Shown here piece after piece: positions 1-10,883 of a stretch of 64,000 bases of DNA. Made by a program: the position numbers and the translations under genes. Each line of letters opens with the position of its first letter. The stretch's first letter is position 1. Below the pieces are notes generated by a model. It saw only the letters and a program-made list of their open reading frames with translations, searched no databases and had not been told where the DNA came from. Origin of the DNA: Anaeromyxobacter sp. (GTDB lineage: Bacteria; Myxococcota; Myxococcia; Myxococcales; Anaeromyxobacteraceae); contig JASGJN010000004.1 in NCBI GenBank assembly GCA_049840735.1, forward strand, positions 64,001 to 128,000, read 5' to 3'.

Positions 1-2475
1 TCGCGCTCCGCCGAGGCCTGGCCCGCCTCCAGCACGTTGGCCGGCGCGGCGCCCACCCGGGCGTCCTGCACGTCCTCGATCTCGTCCTCCAGCCGCTGCG
101 CGCCGCCCGGCACGTGGCGGTTGCCCACCTCGAGGTCGATCAGCACCGAGATGGGCGAGAGGTCGAGGTAGCGCGAGGCCTGGCGCGAGGCCACCCGCGC
201 GCCCGGGGCCACGTCGGCCGCGGAGGCCAGGCGCGGCTCGTAGCGGGTGTAGAGGCCGCCGCGGCGCGGGGCCCACTCGCGCTTGAGCGCGGCGGTCCGG
301 CCGGCGTCGCCGTCGCGCACCAGCCCCACCAGCGCCTCCACCAGCTTGTGGCCGGTGGCGAACCAGTTGAGCTCGTCGCGCGCCACCGCCGTCTCGCGCC
401 AGAAGCTGCCCAGGTAGGTGACCGGCTCCTCCGGCAGCTCCATGCCCGGCAGCGCCTCGATGCGCATGCCCGAGCCGAGCGTGAAGGCGACCTCGAACGG
501 GTGGACGTTCTGGTCGGTGTCCACCTCGGCGCCGACCCGGCGCCCCACGTCGGTGGCCAGCTCCTCCAGCTCCTCCTCCAGCCAGCGCGAGAGCGTGACC
601 AGCGAGGCCTCGATGGCCGTGATCGCGCCCTCGCCGCGCCCGTCGATTTCGCTCCGGCGCCTCCTCGCCCAGCCGCTCGAAGGCGCCGCGCACCAGCCGC
701 GACAGCTCCGGCAGCGAGGCCGAGCGCAGGTCCAGCAGCGGGTCGCCCTGGTGCTGCGCCTGGCGCGCCGCCGCCACCCGCTCCGCCAGCTTCTTGCGGA
801 AGGTGTCGCGGCTCTTCTCGGTGCGCTTGCGGGAGAGCGCCTCCAGCTCGTCCGGCAGCGAGGCCAGCACGGCGTCGAGGCCGCCCACCGGCTCGTCGAA
901 GATGCCGATCTCCTGCTCGTAGAGATCGGCCAGGAAGGCCTCGTCCCCCGGCTCGGCAAGCACGTGGATCTCCACCGGCTGCGTCTGGCCCAGGCGGTCC
1001 AGGCGGCCGATGCGCTGCTCCAGCGTGAGCGGCGAGGCCGGCAGGTCGGCGCAGACCAGGTGGTGCGCGAACTGGAAGTTGCGCCCCTCGCCGCCCGACT
1101 CGCCGGAGAGGAGGACCATCGGTCCCTCCGGATCGCGGAAGCGCGCCACCAGCCGGTCGCGGGCCTCGAGCGAGGGGGCGTCGTCGTAGAGGAGCGCCTC
1201 CAGCCCGGCGCCGGCGAGGCCCGCCTGCAGGGCGCGCAGCGCCTCGAGGTCGTGACCGAAGACCAGCACCTTGTCGCCGCCGCGGGCCAGCTTGGCGCAG
1301 TGCGCGACCAGCGCCGCCGGCTTGCCGCCCTCCGGCACGTCCTGCCGGCGCAGCACGCGGCGGGTGAAGGCGCCCACCTTGACGCGGCGGTTGCGGATCA
1401 GCCGCGAGGAGAGGCCGTAGCGCTCGGCCAGGTGGTCGAGCAGCGCCTCGCGTCCCAGCGCGGGCGGGGCGCGGGTGAAGACCATGTCGTCCGGGGCCAG
1501 CTCGCGCAGCTTCGCGGAGGCCTCGTCGATGGGGCCGCCCGCCAGCAGCTCGCGGGCCACCTCGGCGTAGGCCTCGTGCTGCTCCAGGCGGGCCAGGAAG
1601 TCCTCCAGCTTGCCGCTGGGGATGGGCTCGACCAGCGAGAGGAGGCGGAAGTACTCGGCCGGATCGAGCCGGACCGGCGTGGCGGTGAGGAGCAGCAGGC
1701 CGAAGGAGGCCCGGCAGATGGGCGCCACCGCCGCGTGCAGCGCGTCGTCGGCCAGGTGGTGCGCCTCGTCCACGATGACCAGGTCGAGCGGCGTGTCGCC
1801 GGCCGCCTCGACCAGCGTCTCGTCCGCCAGCAGCGTCTCGTGGGCCACGATGGCCAGCGGCGAGCGGGCCAGGGCCGCGTCCGGGCCGCCCAGCGCCTCG
1901 ATCCGCTCCGGCGTGAGCAGCGAGAAGAGGGCGTTGAACTTGTGGAAGAGCTCGGCCAGCCACTGGAAGGAGAGGTGCTCGGGGACGATCACCAGCACCC
2001 GCTCCGCCAGCCCCAGCTGCTTCATGCCGGCGAAGACCAGGCCCGCCTCGACCGTCTTGCCCAGGCCCACCTCGTCGGCCAGCACGAAGCGCGGCATGCG
2101 GTCGGAGAGGATTCGGCCGGCCGCGCCCACCTGGTGCGGGAGGACGTGCACGCGCGAGGAGAGCAGCGCGCCCAGCGAGTCTGCGCGGCGCAGCGCCTCC
2201 AGGCGCGTGACGCGGGTGCGCAGGCCGAACGCCGAGGCCGGCCCCGCCTGCCCCGAGGCCAGCGCCTCCAGCGGCCCGGCCGCCGTCTGCTCGATCGGCG
2301 TCTCCGGCGGGACCTCCGCCAGGGCCGGGTCGCGGCCGGACACGACCGTTATCCCCTCCCGCCCCGCGAACCGGACGGCCAGCCGCCGCCCCTCGTCCGC
2401 GATCTGGACGATCACGCCCACCCCCCACGCCCGCTGGGCGCGGTGGATCACCTTCGTACCGGGTTTCCAGGCCAT
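1..2475 (-). CDS. SNF2/RapA-like SF2 helicase (3' end runs off the window; apparent frameshift near 650)
   Basis: Read manually from ATG at 2475 (MAWKPGTKVIHR). Motifs FVLADEVGLGKT, VIVDEAHH, LLLTATP, GGEGRNFQ and EQRIGRLDR. The coding frame shifts near 650. Confidence 0.85.
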   Translation of the reverse strand, partial: MAWKPGTKVIHRAQRAWGVGVIVQIADEGRRLAVRFAGREGITVVSGRDPALAEVPPETPIEQTAAGPLEALASGQAGPASAFGLRTRVTRLEALRRADSLGALLSSRVHVLPHQVGAAGRILSDRMPRFVLADEVGLGKTVEAGLVFAGMKQLGLAERVLVIVPEHLSFQWLAELFHKFNALFSLLTPERIEALGGPDAALARSPLAIVAHETLLADETLVEAAGDTPLDLVIVDEAHHLADDALHAAVAPICRASFGLLLLTATPVRLDPAEYFRLLSLVEPIPSGKLEDFLARLEQHEAYAEVARELLAGGPIDEASAKLRELAPDDMVFTRAPPALGREALLDHLAERYGLSSRLIRNRRVKVGAFTRRVLRRQDVPEGGKPAALVAHCAKLARGGDKVLVFGHDLEALRALQAGLAGAGLEALLYDDAPSLEARDRLVARFRDPEGPMVLLSGESGGEGRNFQFAHHLVCADLPASPLTLEQRIGRLDRLGQTQPVEIHVLAEPGDEAFLADLYEQEIGIFDEPVGGLDAVLASLPDELEALSRKRTEKSRDTFRKKLAERVAAARQAQHQGDPLLDLRSASLPELSRLVRGAFERLGEEAPERNRRARRGRDHGHRGLAGHALALAGGGAGGAGHRRGAPGRRRGGHRPERPPVRGRLHARLGHAHRGAAGHGAAGGAGHLPGQLLARDGGGARRAQLVRHRPQAGGGAGGAGARRRRRPDRRAQARVGPAPRRPLHPLRAAPGLRGRRGPGRAGGLAPGLALPRPLAHLGADRPRGGQPPRAGRRAAAGGRDRGRAGRPGGRRAGQRAGGGPGLGGAR

Positions 2476-2576
2476 TCGCGGGCCTCCGTACCATCCGCGC
2501 ATCGAGCGGTCCAGACGCCCCTGGGCGCACCGGTAAGGATGGAGCCAGGTAGGTACGGTCGCCCAGAGAACCCCCG

Positions 2577-2605
2577 TTGACATGGGCCGCGGACCGGGCT
2601 AGAAA
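2577..2605 (+). promoter_or_regulatory. sigma70-type promoter for the tRNA pair
   Basis: TTGACA (2577-2582), 17-bp spacer, TAGAAA (2600-2605), about 20 bp upstream of tRNA-Val. Confidence 0.65.
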
Positions 2606-2624
2606 CCCCCCGCTTCGCCGCCTT

Positions 2625-2696
2625 GGGCGGATAGCTCAGGGGTAGAGCGTCGCCCTTACAAGGCGAGGGTCACAGGTTCGAAGCCTGTTCCGCCCA
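2625..2696 (+). tRNA. tRNA-Val(TAC)
   Basis: GGGCGGA...TCCGCCC acceptor stem, TAGCTCAG D arm, anticodon loop CTTACAA, GGTTCGAAGCC T arm. CCA is not encoded. Confidence 0.95.
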
Positions 2697-2721
2697 CTCA
2701 GTTTCGCCGCCGTCTAGTCTT

Positions 2722-4199
<1,478 letters not shown>

Positions 4200-4220
4200 G
4201 CTTCGCCTCCGCCCGGAGTC

Positions 4221-4417
4221 CTAGCGGCCGCGCCGCGCGCCGCCCTCCTGCACCCACGCGCGGATCTCGGCCGGGTGAACCGCACGCCCCAGCCCGCGAG
4301 CCGCTTCACCGGGAGCGTCCCGTCCTCGGCGCGGTGGTAGACCCAGCTCACGCTGCGCTTCAGGAACCGCGCTGCGGCCTGGACGTCCCAGAGCTCGTCG
4401 TCGGGAGGGAGCGCCAT
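4221..4417 (-). CDS. Excisionase-like HTH protein (apparent frameshift near 4275)
   Basis: MALPPDDELWDVQAAARFLKRSVSWVYHRAEDGTLPVKRLAGWGVRF..PAEIRAWV, directly upstream of int. Confidence 0.75.
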
Positions 4418-4479
4418 TTCCGGGTTCGGCGTGCGCGCGGCCCGTGCTCGCGGCTTCGCATCCGGACGTTGCTCAAGGT

Positions 4480-4577
4480 CCGCTCGCGGTGAGCTTGTCG
4501 AACCGCGAGCGGTCGAGGCCCCAGTTCCCGCTCGCCCCGAGCGTTGCCGCCGCGGAGCGGCGGCGGAGTCGAGGGGC
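4480..4577 (+). repeat. Two REP-like hairpins (4480-4512 and 4527-4577)
   Basis: CCGCTCGCGGT-GAGCTTGTCGA-ACCGCGAGCGG, followed by copy 2 of the 51-bp element. Confidence 0.65.
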
Positions 4578-4678
4578 CGGCCCGCGCCGCTCGCGGGCCG
4601 CACCCCGGTGTCGGCAGTCCCCTCCCCCGCCCACCCGAACGCAACCTGCTCCCCGCGCGTCTCTTCCATCGCCCGCTC

Positions 4679-5077
4679 CTACTTCTTGCGACCAGGCGGC
4701 GCCGTCCCCGCCTTCCAATCGAACCCCGGCCCGCTCTCCAGCACCTCGTGGTAGCGGCGCATGAGGACGTGCATGACGTACTTCCGGCGGTCGAGCCCGA
4801 GCGCATCGCGGTCGCGCTCGAGCTCGTCCGTCACCATGTCCGGCATCGCGTACCAAGCGTAGAGGTCGTGGGTCAGGGTGACGAGGAACTCGTTCATCGA
4901 CCATCCACGCTGCTTCGCCTCGGCGCCGAGCCAGGAGGCGAGGTCGCGCGGGAAGCGGAACGTGACGACGACCTTCTCGGACGAGACGTCCGACGACGCA
5001 GGGCGCGCAGGAAGCTCCGACGGCGCCTTCTCTGGGCTCATGCTCCCGGACGTAGGCACCGCGTCGTCAGCCTGCAA
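4679..5077 (-). CDS. Ribbon-helix-helix/Arc-like DNA-binding protein (start may be 5041)
   Basis: KVVVTFRFPRDLASWLGAEAKQRGWSMNEFLV fits the beta-helix-helix pattern. Confidence 0.6.
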   Translation of the reverse strand: MQADDAVPTSGSMSPEKAPSELPARPASSDVSSEKVVVTFRFPRDLASWLGAEAKQRGWSMNEFLVTLTHDLYAWYAMPDMVTDELERDRDALGLDRRKYVMHVLMRRYHEVLESGPGFDWKAGTAPPGRKK

Positions 5078-5216
5078 GCGGTTCCGTTACGCCGCCCCTT
5101 CTGAACGCGCCACATTGACGCCGACCCGACCGGGAACCCGGACCAAGGCCGGGCGTTAGTCCAGTTTTCGCCAGGAACCTTGACTAGTAGCACTCGCTAG
5201 TAAACCTTCGTCAGTG

Positions 5217-6454
5217 ATGGCCCGGCACGAGACGCAACACTGGCCGGCGTACCCGTCCGCCCCCGGCGGCAAGGCGGAGCGCCGCGCGTTCAGCTACCGC
5301 GCCTTCGTCCCGGACCCGATCGCGCCGCTCGAGATCACGCTGCCGTCGAGCGCGGCCGCCGCGGTCTCGTCCGCCGAGCGCGCGATCGACGCGCTGAACC
5401 GCGATCCCCCGCGCGTCGCCAGCCTCGAGGTCCTCGCGCGCCGGCTCCTTCGCGCCGAGTCGGTCGCGTCCTCCCGGATCGAGGGGCTCGTCCTGTCGCA
5501 GCGCCGCCTGGCGCGGGCCGAGGCCGAGGCGCCCGACGCGCGCGACGAGACCGCCAGGTCCATCCTCGGCAACGTCACCGCGATGGAGCACGCCGTTGCC
5601 CTCGGAGCCGGCGCGAAGCCCCTCCGGCTCAAGGACGTGCTCGACGTCCACCGCCGCCTGATGCTGGCGACGACCACGCCCGAGATCGCCGGCAAGGTCC
5701 GCGACCGGCAGAACTGGATTGGCGGCAACGCGTTCAATCCCGGCCGCGCCGACTTCGTCCCGCCCTCGCCCGAGCGAGTGAGGCCCCTCATGGACGACCT
5801 GGTCGCGTTCATGAACCGGACGGACCTTCCGCCGGTCGTCCAGGCCGCCATCGCCCACGCGCAGTTCGAGACCATCCACCCGTTCGCAGAGGCAACGGTC
5901 GCGTCGGCCGCGCCCTCATCCACGTCGTCCTGCGTCGCCGCGGGCTCGCACCGCGCTACGTCCCTCCGGTGAGCCTCGTCCTCGCTGCCGACGCGAAGGG
6001 CTACGTCGTAGGCCTCACCGCGTTCCGCGAGGACCGCACCGCCGACTGGATCCTCCTGTTCGCCCAGGCGATCGAGCGAGCCGCGGCGAAGGCTAGCGAG
6101 CTCGCGCCACGCCTTGCAGAGCTTCTGGAACGCTGGCGAGAGCGTGCTGGCCGGCCGCGCCGCCACTCCAGCGCCGGGGCCCTGATCGTCGAGCTTCCCG
6201 CTCACCCCATCGTCACCGTCGCGACCGCCCAGACGTTCCTCGGCCGCTCCAAGCAGGCGATGAACGAGGCCATCGCCACGCTCGCCGAGAAAGGCGTCCT
6301 CCACGCGATCACCCTCGCGAAGCGGAACCGCGCCTGGGAAGCCCGCGACCTCTTCGACCTCATCAACGACTTCGAACGCGAGCTCGCCACCCCGACCGAC
6401 GACGTCGAGCCCTCTCGACCGTCACCTCGCCGGAAGACGACCTCCAGGACCTGA
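5217..6454 (+). CDS. Fic family protein with a C-terminal HTH (apparent frameshift near 5890)
   Basis: ESVASSRIEG and HAQFETIHPF. Adding one base restores HPFAxGNGRVGR, which continues into ORF 5969..6454. Confidence 0.88.
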
Positions 6455-6517
6455 CCGCCCTCGTCGTCTCCTCCCAGTCCCTCCACCTCACCTTCACTGT
6501 TCGTTACCCACCCCGAC

Positions 6518-6829
6518 CCCCGTTTGCTCCATCTTGAACCACGTGGTTCAAGCCCGGCCCCCCGCCCCCACTCACTTCGGAAGTGCTGAAGCCAGCAACC
6601 CGACCCCCCGATCACAGTTGGTCGTGAGCGGGGGGTCGGGCTGATGGCGCCCCTCGCGTCGCGCGAACCACGCTAGCCGCCGGCGGGGCCGGGCCGCCGC
6701 GATCACGCGCAGTTACACCGCAGAACCCTGCTCCCAACCCTGATCCGAATCCTGCTTTCAATCGTGGTGACTCCGGGACACAGCCCCCGGGAACACCCCG
6801 TTTGCTCCATTTTGAACCACGTGGTTCAA
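6518..6829. repeat. Two 34-bp direct repeats (6518-6551, 6796-6829), each containing the palindrome TTGAACCACGTGGTTCAA
   Basis: CCCCGTTTGCTCCAT[C/T]TTGAACCACGTGGTTCAA occurs twice with one mismatch. Confidence 0.9.
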
Positions 6830-7085
6830 CAAACGCGGGGGCGGTCCCGGAGGCACGAGCCGCCCTCGCTCGCCGCTAGTGCATGGGGGTTTCGCTGGCG
6901 TTCCGCCGCACACCTGATCCGAAAGCGACGCTTCGTACCTTCCTGCTCACACGCCTGATACCATGGCGGGGCGGCCCGCATCCGCCGCATCCGCCAGCTC
7001 GAGGGCGGTCTGCCGGGCCCGAGCGAAGAATCGCTTCAGCGCCTGAAGATCCTTGGGAAGGACACCGCAGAGGGGAGGCGACGGC

Positions 7086-8354
7086 GTGGCGAGCGCGAAT
7101 GACAACGGGGACGAGCTCAACCTCACCGGTGCTGCAGAAGCGATATCCTCGCCCACGTCAACGGTGTCGTCGGATCCCGGGGACGAGACCCAGAGGAACT
7201 TCCGCTATCAGCATGCTTATGGCGTCGTCCTCCTTGCAGCCGCATACCGCGGACAAGAGCCATACGTCGCGATCTTCTGCGAACACCACGAAGACTTCAT
7301 CGCAGAGCGAAGCGACGGACGGTTTGACGCATACCAGGTGAAGACCCGCGACCCCGGCCTTCATCGCTGGCGAAATTCCGACGAGGATTTCCGGAAGACC
7401 ATCCGTCGATTCGCATTCCTAGCGCGGCGGCACCCAGGGCTTTTCGCCCGATTTCGTTTTGTGTCAAACATGCCAGTGGACCAGAGCGCGGGCGAAACGA
7501 CGCGCGTGCGCTCCCCCCGCGCGCTGCAGCATGCGCTTGCGAACGGCCCACCGCTTGGCGACGACCTAGAGAAAGTCGCCGCGAATTTATCCGATGAGTG
7601 CGACTGCACGGTCGCGGAACTCGCAGAGCTCTTTGCCACTCTCGAATTCGTAACCGGCCCCGGCCGGGATTCGTTCGAGGCGGAGCTCGCGGCGATCCAT
7701 CTACCTCCGTGTGACGGATACGGGCACCTGGTGGCGGCTCAGTTGAGCGCACTCCGGGATGAGCTCATTCACCGCGTCTATTTGGCGTCTTCGCTTTCTT
7801 TGTCAGACCCCCAGAAGCACTTTGTCGACCTCGCGACGAACTCCGCAACAAATCCCCTTATTCAGGGCAAGCGGCTCTCCCCTGACGTCATCGCGGCGGA
7901 ACTCGCTGGCAGCGGCGTCCCGTTCCGCTTCTTGCCGGGCACCGCCCCATTCCGTCTGACCAACAAGCGGCCTGCGACCCGCATGGAGACCAAGTTCGAG
8001 AAGGCAGGCCTTGCCGATCAAGTTGAAACGATGCGAGCTCGCGCACTTGCCGCCGAGCGCGCCCTAATGCGGCTGGCTTACGCGGACGCGGAACACGCGG
8101 AGGGAACGCTGGACCAACTAGCTGGCGTGGTCAGGGGCGCGTGTGACGATGCAGAACTGGAAGTTGGAAGAGATGACCGACCGTACGGACGCGACATGCT
8201 CAGGCTCGTACAGGGGAGGCTTCGTCAAGCATCGACAAACAGCGACCTCGTGATGGGGCAGCCATACGAATGCCTCGTCGGCGTCGCCGGACTGCTCACC
8301 GACGAATGCTTGGTCTGGTGGGGGAAGAAGTTCCAGATGGAGGACGAGTCGTGA
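7086..8354 (+). CDS. lmuA: Lamassu/ABC-3C effector: Cap4-like PD-(D/E)xK dsDNA nuclease plus C-terminal domain
   Basis: GDETQRNFRYQ...CEHHEDF...AYQVKT nuclease motif, C-terminal GLLTDECLVWW, GTG start after GGAGG, first gene of a coupled triad. Confidence 0.8.
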   Translation: MASANDNGDELNLTGAAEAISSPTSTVSSDPGDETQRNFRYQHAYGVVLLAAAYRGQEPYVAIFCEHHEDFIAERSDGRFDAYQVKTRDPGLHRWRNSDEDFRKTIRRFAFLARRHPGLFARFRFVSNMPVDQSAGETTRVRSPRALQHALANGPPLGDDLEKVAANLSDECDCTVAELAELFATLEFVTGPGRDSFEAELAAIHLPPCDGYGHLVAAQLSALRDELIHRVYLASSLSLSDPQKHFVDLATNSATNPLIQGKRLSPDVIAAELAGSGVPFRFLPGTAPFRLTNKRPATRMETKFEKAGLADQVETMRARALAAERALMRLAYADAEHAEGTLDQLAGVVRGACDDAELEVGRDDRPYGRDMLRLVQGRLRQASTNSDLVMGQPYECLVGVAGLLTDECLVWWGKKFQMEDES

Positions 8355-8899
8355 CGATCGGGGCCGCGCGAGCCGTGGCTCGGTTCGAGTTGTCCGACGA
8401 CTCCCATATGGCGCGGCTGCTGTTACTCGTCCACGGCGCCGGGGGAAGAACAGCCCGTATTGAGGGCTTGACCAAACTGGTGAAGCTGGACTTCCTCCTG
8501 CGATACCCGCCGTACTTTGAACGTGCGCTTCAACGGCTAGGGTATACGGTTGACGGCGCGCGCATCGAGCCCTTCGAACGTCAGACCATCGAAGCCACCA
8601 TGATCCGCTTCAAGTACGGCCCTTGGGATCCACGGTATCGCCGATGGCTCGCCCTTCTCAAGGCACGACAACTGATCACCACCGACATGAAGGGACGTAC
8701 GCTGACCATCGCGCTTACCGAGTCGGGCCGCGCGGCCATCGCGTCGCTCCAGCAGACGGATGCCTTTCGCACACTTGCGCTGCGGGCAACCATGCTCGGG
8801 AAGGCAGCCGGCCACATGTCGCCCTCGAAGATCAAAGACTTCATTTATGAGGCCTTCCCAGAGGTGACTTCGCTCGAATGGGGCGAGGAGATCGCATAA
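8351..8899 (+). CDS. lmuC: Lamassu/ABC-3C middle component
   Basis: GTGA overlap with the effector stop and TAATG overlap with the ATPase start. KLVKLDFLLRYP...MIRFKYGPWD. Confidence 0.75.
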   Translation: MTIGAARAVARFELSDDSHMARLLLLVHGAGGRTARIEGLTKLVKLDFLLRYPPYFERALQRLGYTVDGARIEPFERQTIEATMIRFKYGPWDPRYRRWLALLKARQLITTDMKGRTLTIALTESGRAAIASLQQTDAFRTLALRATMLGKAAGHMSPSKIKDFIYEAFPEVTSLEWGEEIA

Positions 8900-10839
8900 T
8901 GAGGTTTCGCCTCGAGACGCTCCGGTTGGCTTTCGCACACTCCGAGGAACTCATCGCGTTCGATGATTTCACTTACTTCTTCGGCCAGATGGGCGCAGGG
9001 AAGTCCAGCATTGCCCGCCTGGTTGACTACTGCCTCGGAGCGGACCTCGACTTCACTCCCGCGCTCCAGAGCGAGTTTTCAGCGGCGGAGCTAACCTTCG
9101 TCGTCAACGATACCCCCATTTCTGTCTATCGCGAGCGCGGCTCTGGGCAGGTACGCGCCCGGTGGGCGCGCGGCGGCGATCGCTTCGACGCCGTGCTGCC
9201 AGCGCGAAATGCGGGTGGAGTCGTTGTGCCCGGCACGAAGATCGAGGTCCTGTCCGATTTGGTCTTCCAGGTGGCCGGGATCGATCCTCCGCGCGTCCTT
9301 CGGTCCAAGGCGAGCGAAGACCCTGAGTCTACGCGCCTGACGCTGCGCAACCTGCTCTGGTACTGCTACTTAGACCAAGAGTCGATGGACAGCTCGTTTT
9401 TCCATCTTGAACGGGATGCAAATCCGTTCAAGCGCAACCAGAGCAAAGACGCTCTTCGGTTCATCGTAGGCATTCATCAGCAGAAGGTCGCCGAGCTTGA
9501 GGCGGGGCTTGAGGACGCGCGTACGGAGCGGCTCAGGCACGAGCAGGGGGCCCGAGCGCTCGAAGAGGTTCTCAAGTCGGCCGGGATTTCCAGCGAAAGC
9601 GAGCTACGAGAGCAGATCGGACTTCGAGAGAAGGAGATCACTGCACTTGGACGGCAGATCACCGCGCTCCGGGAGGGCGCCGCGCCTCCCGACCGTCACG
9701 CCATCGATCGCCTCCGGGAGCAAGGCCGAGCGCTAGTCGGAGAACTCGAAGCGGCCGAAAACGCCCTTTCGAGCCTCGATCGCGTTGTACCGGACGAAGT
9801 ACGGCAGCGCAACGAACTCAAGATGTTGACGGTCAAGGCTGACCGAACCGTCGCCGCGTCCAACGTTCTCGCGGGCTTCCATTTCGCTGAATGCCCTCTG
9901 TGTGCCCAGTCTCTGCCGGAACGCCCGAATGCGCACTGTCGCGTGTGCGGGCAATCGGTTTCGCGCGTAGCATCACGTACTGTCGTCGCAGACGTTGATC
10001 TGAAGTCACGTCTCGCGGAGCTCGACGAAACGATTGAGCGCAGACAGTCGCAGCGAGCCGCGCTTGCGCGCCGCCGCGTTGAGCTGGCTGACAAGAAGCG
10101 GATAGTCGACAATGAGCTATCTACGGCGATTTCGCAGTACGACTCGAAGCTTGTGGCGGAGACGCTCGCTCTAGAACAACGACGTTCCGCGCTGCAAGAG
10201 CAAATCGTATCCCTGGCACGCCTTTCTGAATTGCCGCGCGCCGTCACAGAGCAGCTCAAAAGACGCGATGCCGCGATTGCGACCGAGCTCGGAATCAAAC
10301 GAGACCTGAAGACGGCGAGGGACGCCGCGGAACGTGATGCAGGAAATCTCCGCCGCCTCGAGGAACTCTTCCTAGACTGCGTAGTTCGAGCAGGGATACC
10401 CGGGTTCATGCCCGATGACGACGTTCACATTGACTCTCGCTCGTTCATGCCGATCGTCACACCGAACGGCGATCCCGACATCGTCGTTTCGTCCTTCGAG
10501 AACCTGGGCAGCGGCGGCAAGAAGACGCTCTTTAAGTGCTGCTTCGCCATTGCTGTTCATCGCCTAGCACGCGAGATCGAGGCCCCACTTCCTTCGCTAC
10601 TGATTATAGATTCGCCGATGAAGAACATCAGCGAACGCGAGAACAGGACGCAATTCGAAGGGTTCCACAGCCTCCTCTACTCCCTAGCCATGGACGATTT
10701 GCGAGGCACTCAGTTTGTCCTCATCGACAAGGAGTACGCGCCTCCGAGCGATGACATTGCCTTCGGGTTCACCGCTAGGCACATGACGCCCAGCGACGAG
10801 GCGCTTCCGCCGTTGATCTCGTACTATCGCGGCCACTGA
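8899..10839 (+). CDS. lmuB: Lamassu SMC/Rad50-like ABC ATPase
   Basis: Walker A GQMGAGKSS, coiled coils around CPLC/CRVC zinc hook, signature LGSGG, Walker B LLIIDSP. Confidence 0.85.
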   Translation: MRFRLETLRLAFAHSEELIAFDDFTYFFGQMGAGKSSIARLVDYCLGADLDFTPALQSEFSAAELTFVVNDTPISVYRERGSGQVRARWARGGDRFDAVLPARNAGGVVVPGTKIEVLSDLVFQVAGIDPPRVLRSKASEDPESTRLTLRNLLWYCYLDQESMDSSFFHLERDANPFKRNQSKDALRFIVGIHQQKVAELEAGLEDARTERLRHEQGARALEEVLKSAGISSESELREQIGLREKEITALGRQITALREGAAPPDRHAIDRLREQGRALVGELEAAENALSSLDRVVPDEVRQRNELKMLTVKADRTVAASNVLAGFHFAECPLCAQSLPERPNAHCRVCGQSVSRVASRTVVADVDLKSRLAELDETIERRQSQRAALARRRVELADKKRIVDNELSTAISQYDSKLVAETLALEQRRSALQEQIVSLARLSELPRAVTEQLKRRDAAIATELGIKRDLKTARDAAERDAGNLRRLEELFLDCVVRAGIPGFMPDDDVHIDSRSFMPIVTPNGDPDIVVSSFENLGSGGKKTLFKCCFAIAVHRLAREIEAPLPSLLIIDSPMKNISERENRTQFEGFHSLLYSLAMDDLRGTQFVLIDKEYAPPSDDIAFGFTARHMTPSDEALPPLISYYRGH

Positions 10840-10883
10840 AGCTATCGGTCGCGCCAGGGGCCGTCTGAACGCGTGAACGCTCG

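Noticed and set aside
114..2580. Long ORFs 114..1028, 140..2530 and 418..2580, and similar antisense or shifted ORFs throughout (e.g. 28562..31720, 35833..39060, 39245..42700)
   Set aside because: Shadow frames of high-GC genes: Arg/Gly/Pro-rich or antisense, with no recognisable motifs.
6518..6829. CRISPR array
   Set aside because: Only two repeats, 278 bp apart, and no cas genes.
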